64,000 nt of DNA. It comes from Mobula hypostoma. Lineage: Eukaryota. The position numbers and the translations under genes are program-made. Positions 63,240 to 64,000 of this stretch are shown here, piece after piece. Below the pieces are notes generated by a model, which saw nothing but the letters and a program-made list of their open reading frames with translations, was not told the DNA's origin and did not search any database. The first letter of the stretch is position 1; every line of letters starts with the position of its first letter. The stretch is from NCBI RefSeq assembly GCF_963921235.1, contig NC_086104.1, positions 3,100,001 to 3,164,000 on the forward strand, read 5' to 3'.

Positions 63240-64000
63240 TGTGACGGGATCCTGAATTACCCCTATGAACTGTGCTCATTTACCCCTATTAACTGTGCTT
63301 TTGAAAAGAGAGAGAGTGTGTTATTTAATACCAACAACTTGTTTGTAAGAGAGAGAGAGAGAGAGATGAAGACTAACTGTTGGACTGTCACTTTAAGGCA
63401 CTGGAAGTAACTTATCATAACCTAGAAGGTGTTTACCTCCAAATGTCAAAACAAAATTCAACAGAGGGGGACATACTTCCTCAGCAGGACCTTGTCCTGC
63501 AAGTAGGGTCAAAGGTCGCAAAACCAATCCAACCTTCACAAATACTTTATTCAAAAGTCCAGAAACAACCCTTTTCTCAATATTTTCAGTATCACTTACC
63601 TCTCAATTTTTATCTCATCACTAACTTTTAGAACACTGTCTAATACAAGTGACTGAGAATTCTCAATTTCCACTGGTACCAAGGTTAACCCCTTATTCAC
63701 TGAACCAAAACCAGCTGACACAAAAGAACTGCATTCCTTTCCAACCAAGTCAGACACCTCAGACCTTAACTGAGTTTCAACACAAGGTTCAGTACCCCGT
63801 GACTCCACAGGTACTTCAAGCACTTCAGGTAATCAACCTCGTAGTTTATAACAACTTCATCTGTTTTCTTAGCAGACCCCTGCAGGGTGGCGGCATCCTT
63901 CTCCTCTAGGTATGCCCTTACATCATAGGGGACACAACTTTTAAATTCATCAAACAACACAAGCCCTTTTGAGCTGTAAAAGTCATCAGGGTCCAACACC
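63240..64000 (-). mobile_element. Second LTR element (LTR end plus SCAN-like gag remnant), truncated by the window edge
   Basis: LVLFDEFKSCVPYDVRAYLEEKDAATLQGSAKKTDE resembles Gypsy SCAN-like gag; TGTGAC at ~63241 is a plausible LTR terminus. Confidence 0.6.

Noticed and set aside
1-64000. CRISPR arrays, rRNA or true tRNA genes
   Set aside because: None seen; tRNA-like segments are SINE heads, and short tandem repeats are LINE 3' tails or microsatellites.

Overview
Repeat-dominated vertebrate genomic DNA. The repeat landscape (CR1 LINEs, tRNA-derived SINEs, Penelope-like elements, L1/Tx1, Rex1, RTE, Tc1, hAT, Gypsy) points to a cartilaginous fish, probably a ray; this is inferred from repeat content only. 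The one host gene I can support is on the minus strand. It has a 49-nt signal-peptide exon (55478-55526, MFAAIITILTLSVCTVG, GTAAGT donor), a 38.6-kb transposon-filled intron, and four intact Ig V-set exons (16524-16871, 9237-9581, 7127-7474, 479-823). Each V exon already contains its J-like G strand (GxG motif) and has canonical phase-1 splice sites at both ends. I found no RSS, no local leader exon for any V, and no C or TM exon between them. The simplest model is a non-rearranging, antigen-receptor-like protein with at least four tandem VJ-type domains whose C-terminal exons lie beyond the left edge. Alternative cassette use of the V exons is equally in frame. Nearly all other long ORFs in the track are transposon remnants, many nested with readable target-site duplications, including an L1 insertion with twin-priming geometry. 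Identities quoted are hand counts, and boundaries of degraded repeats are approximate.
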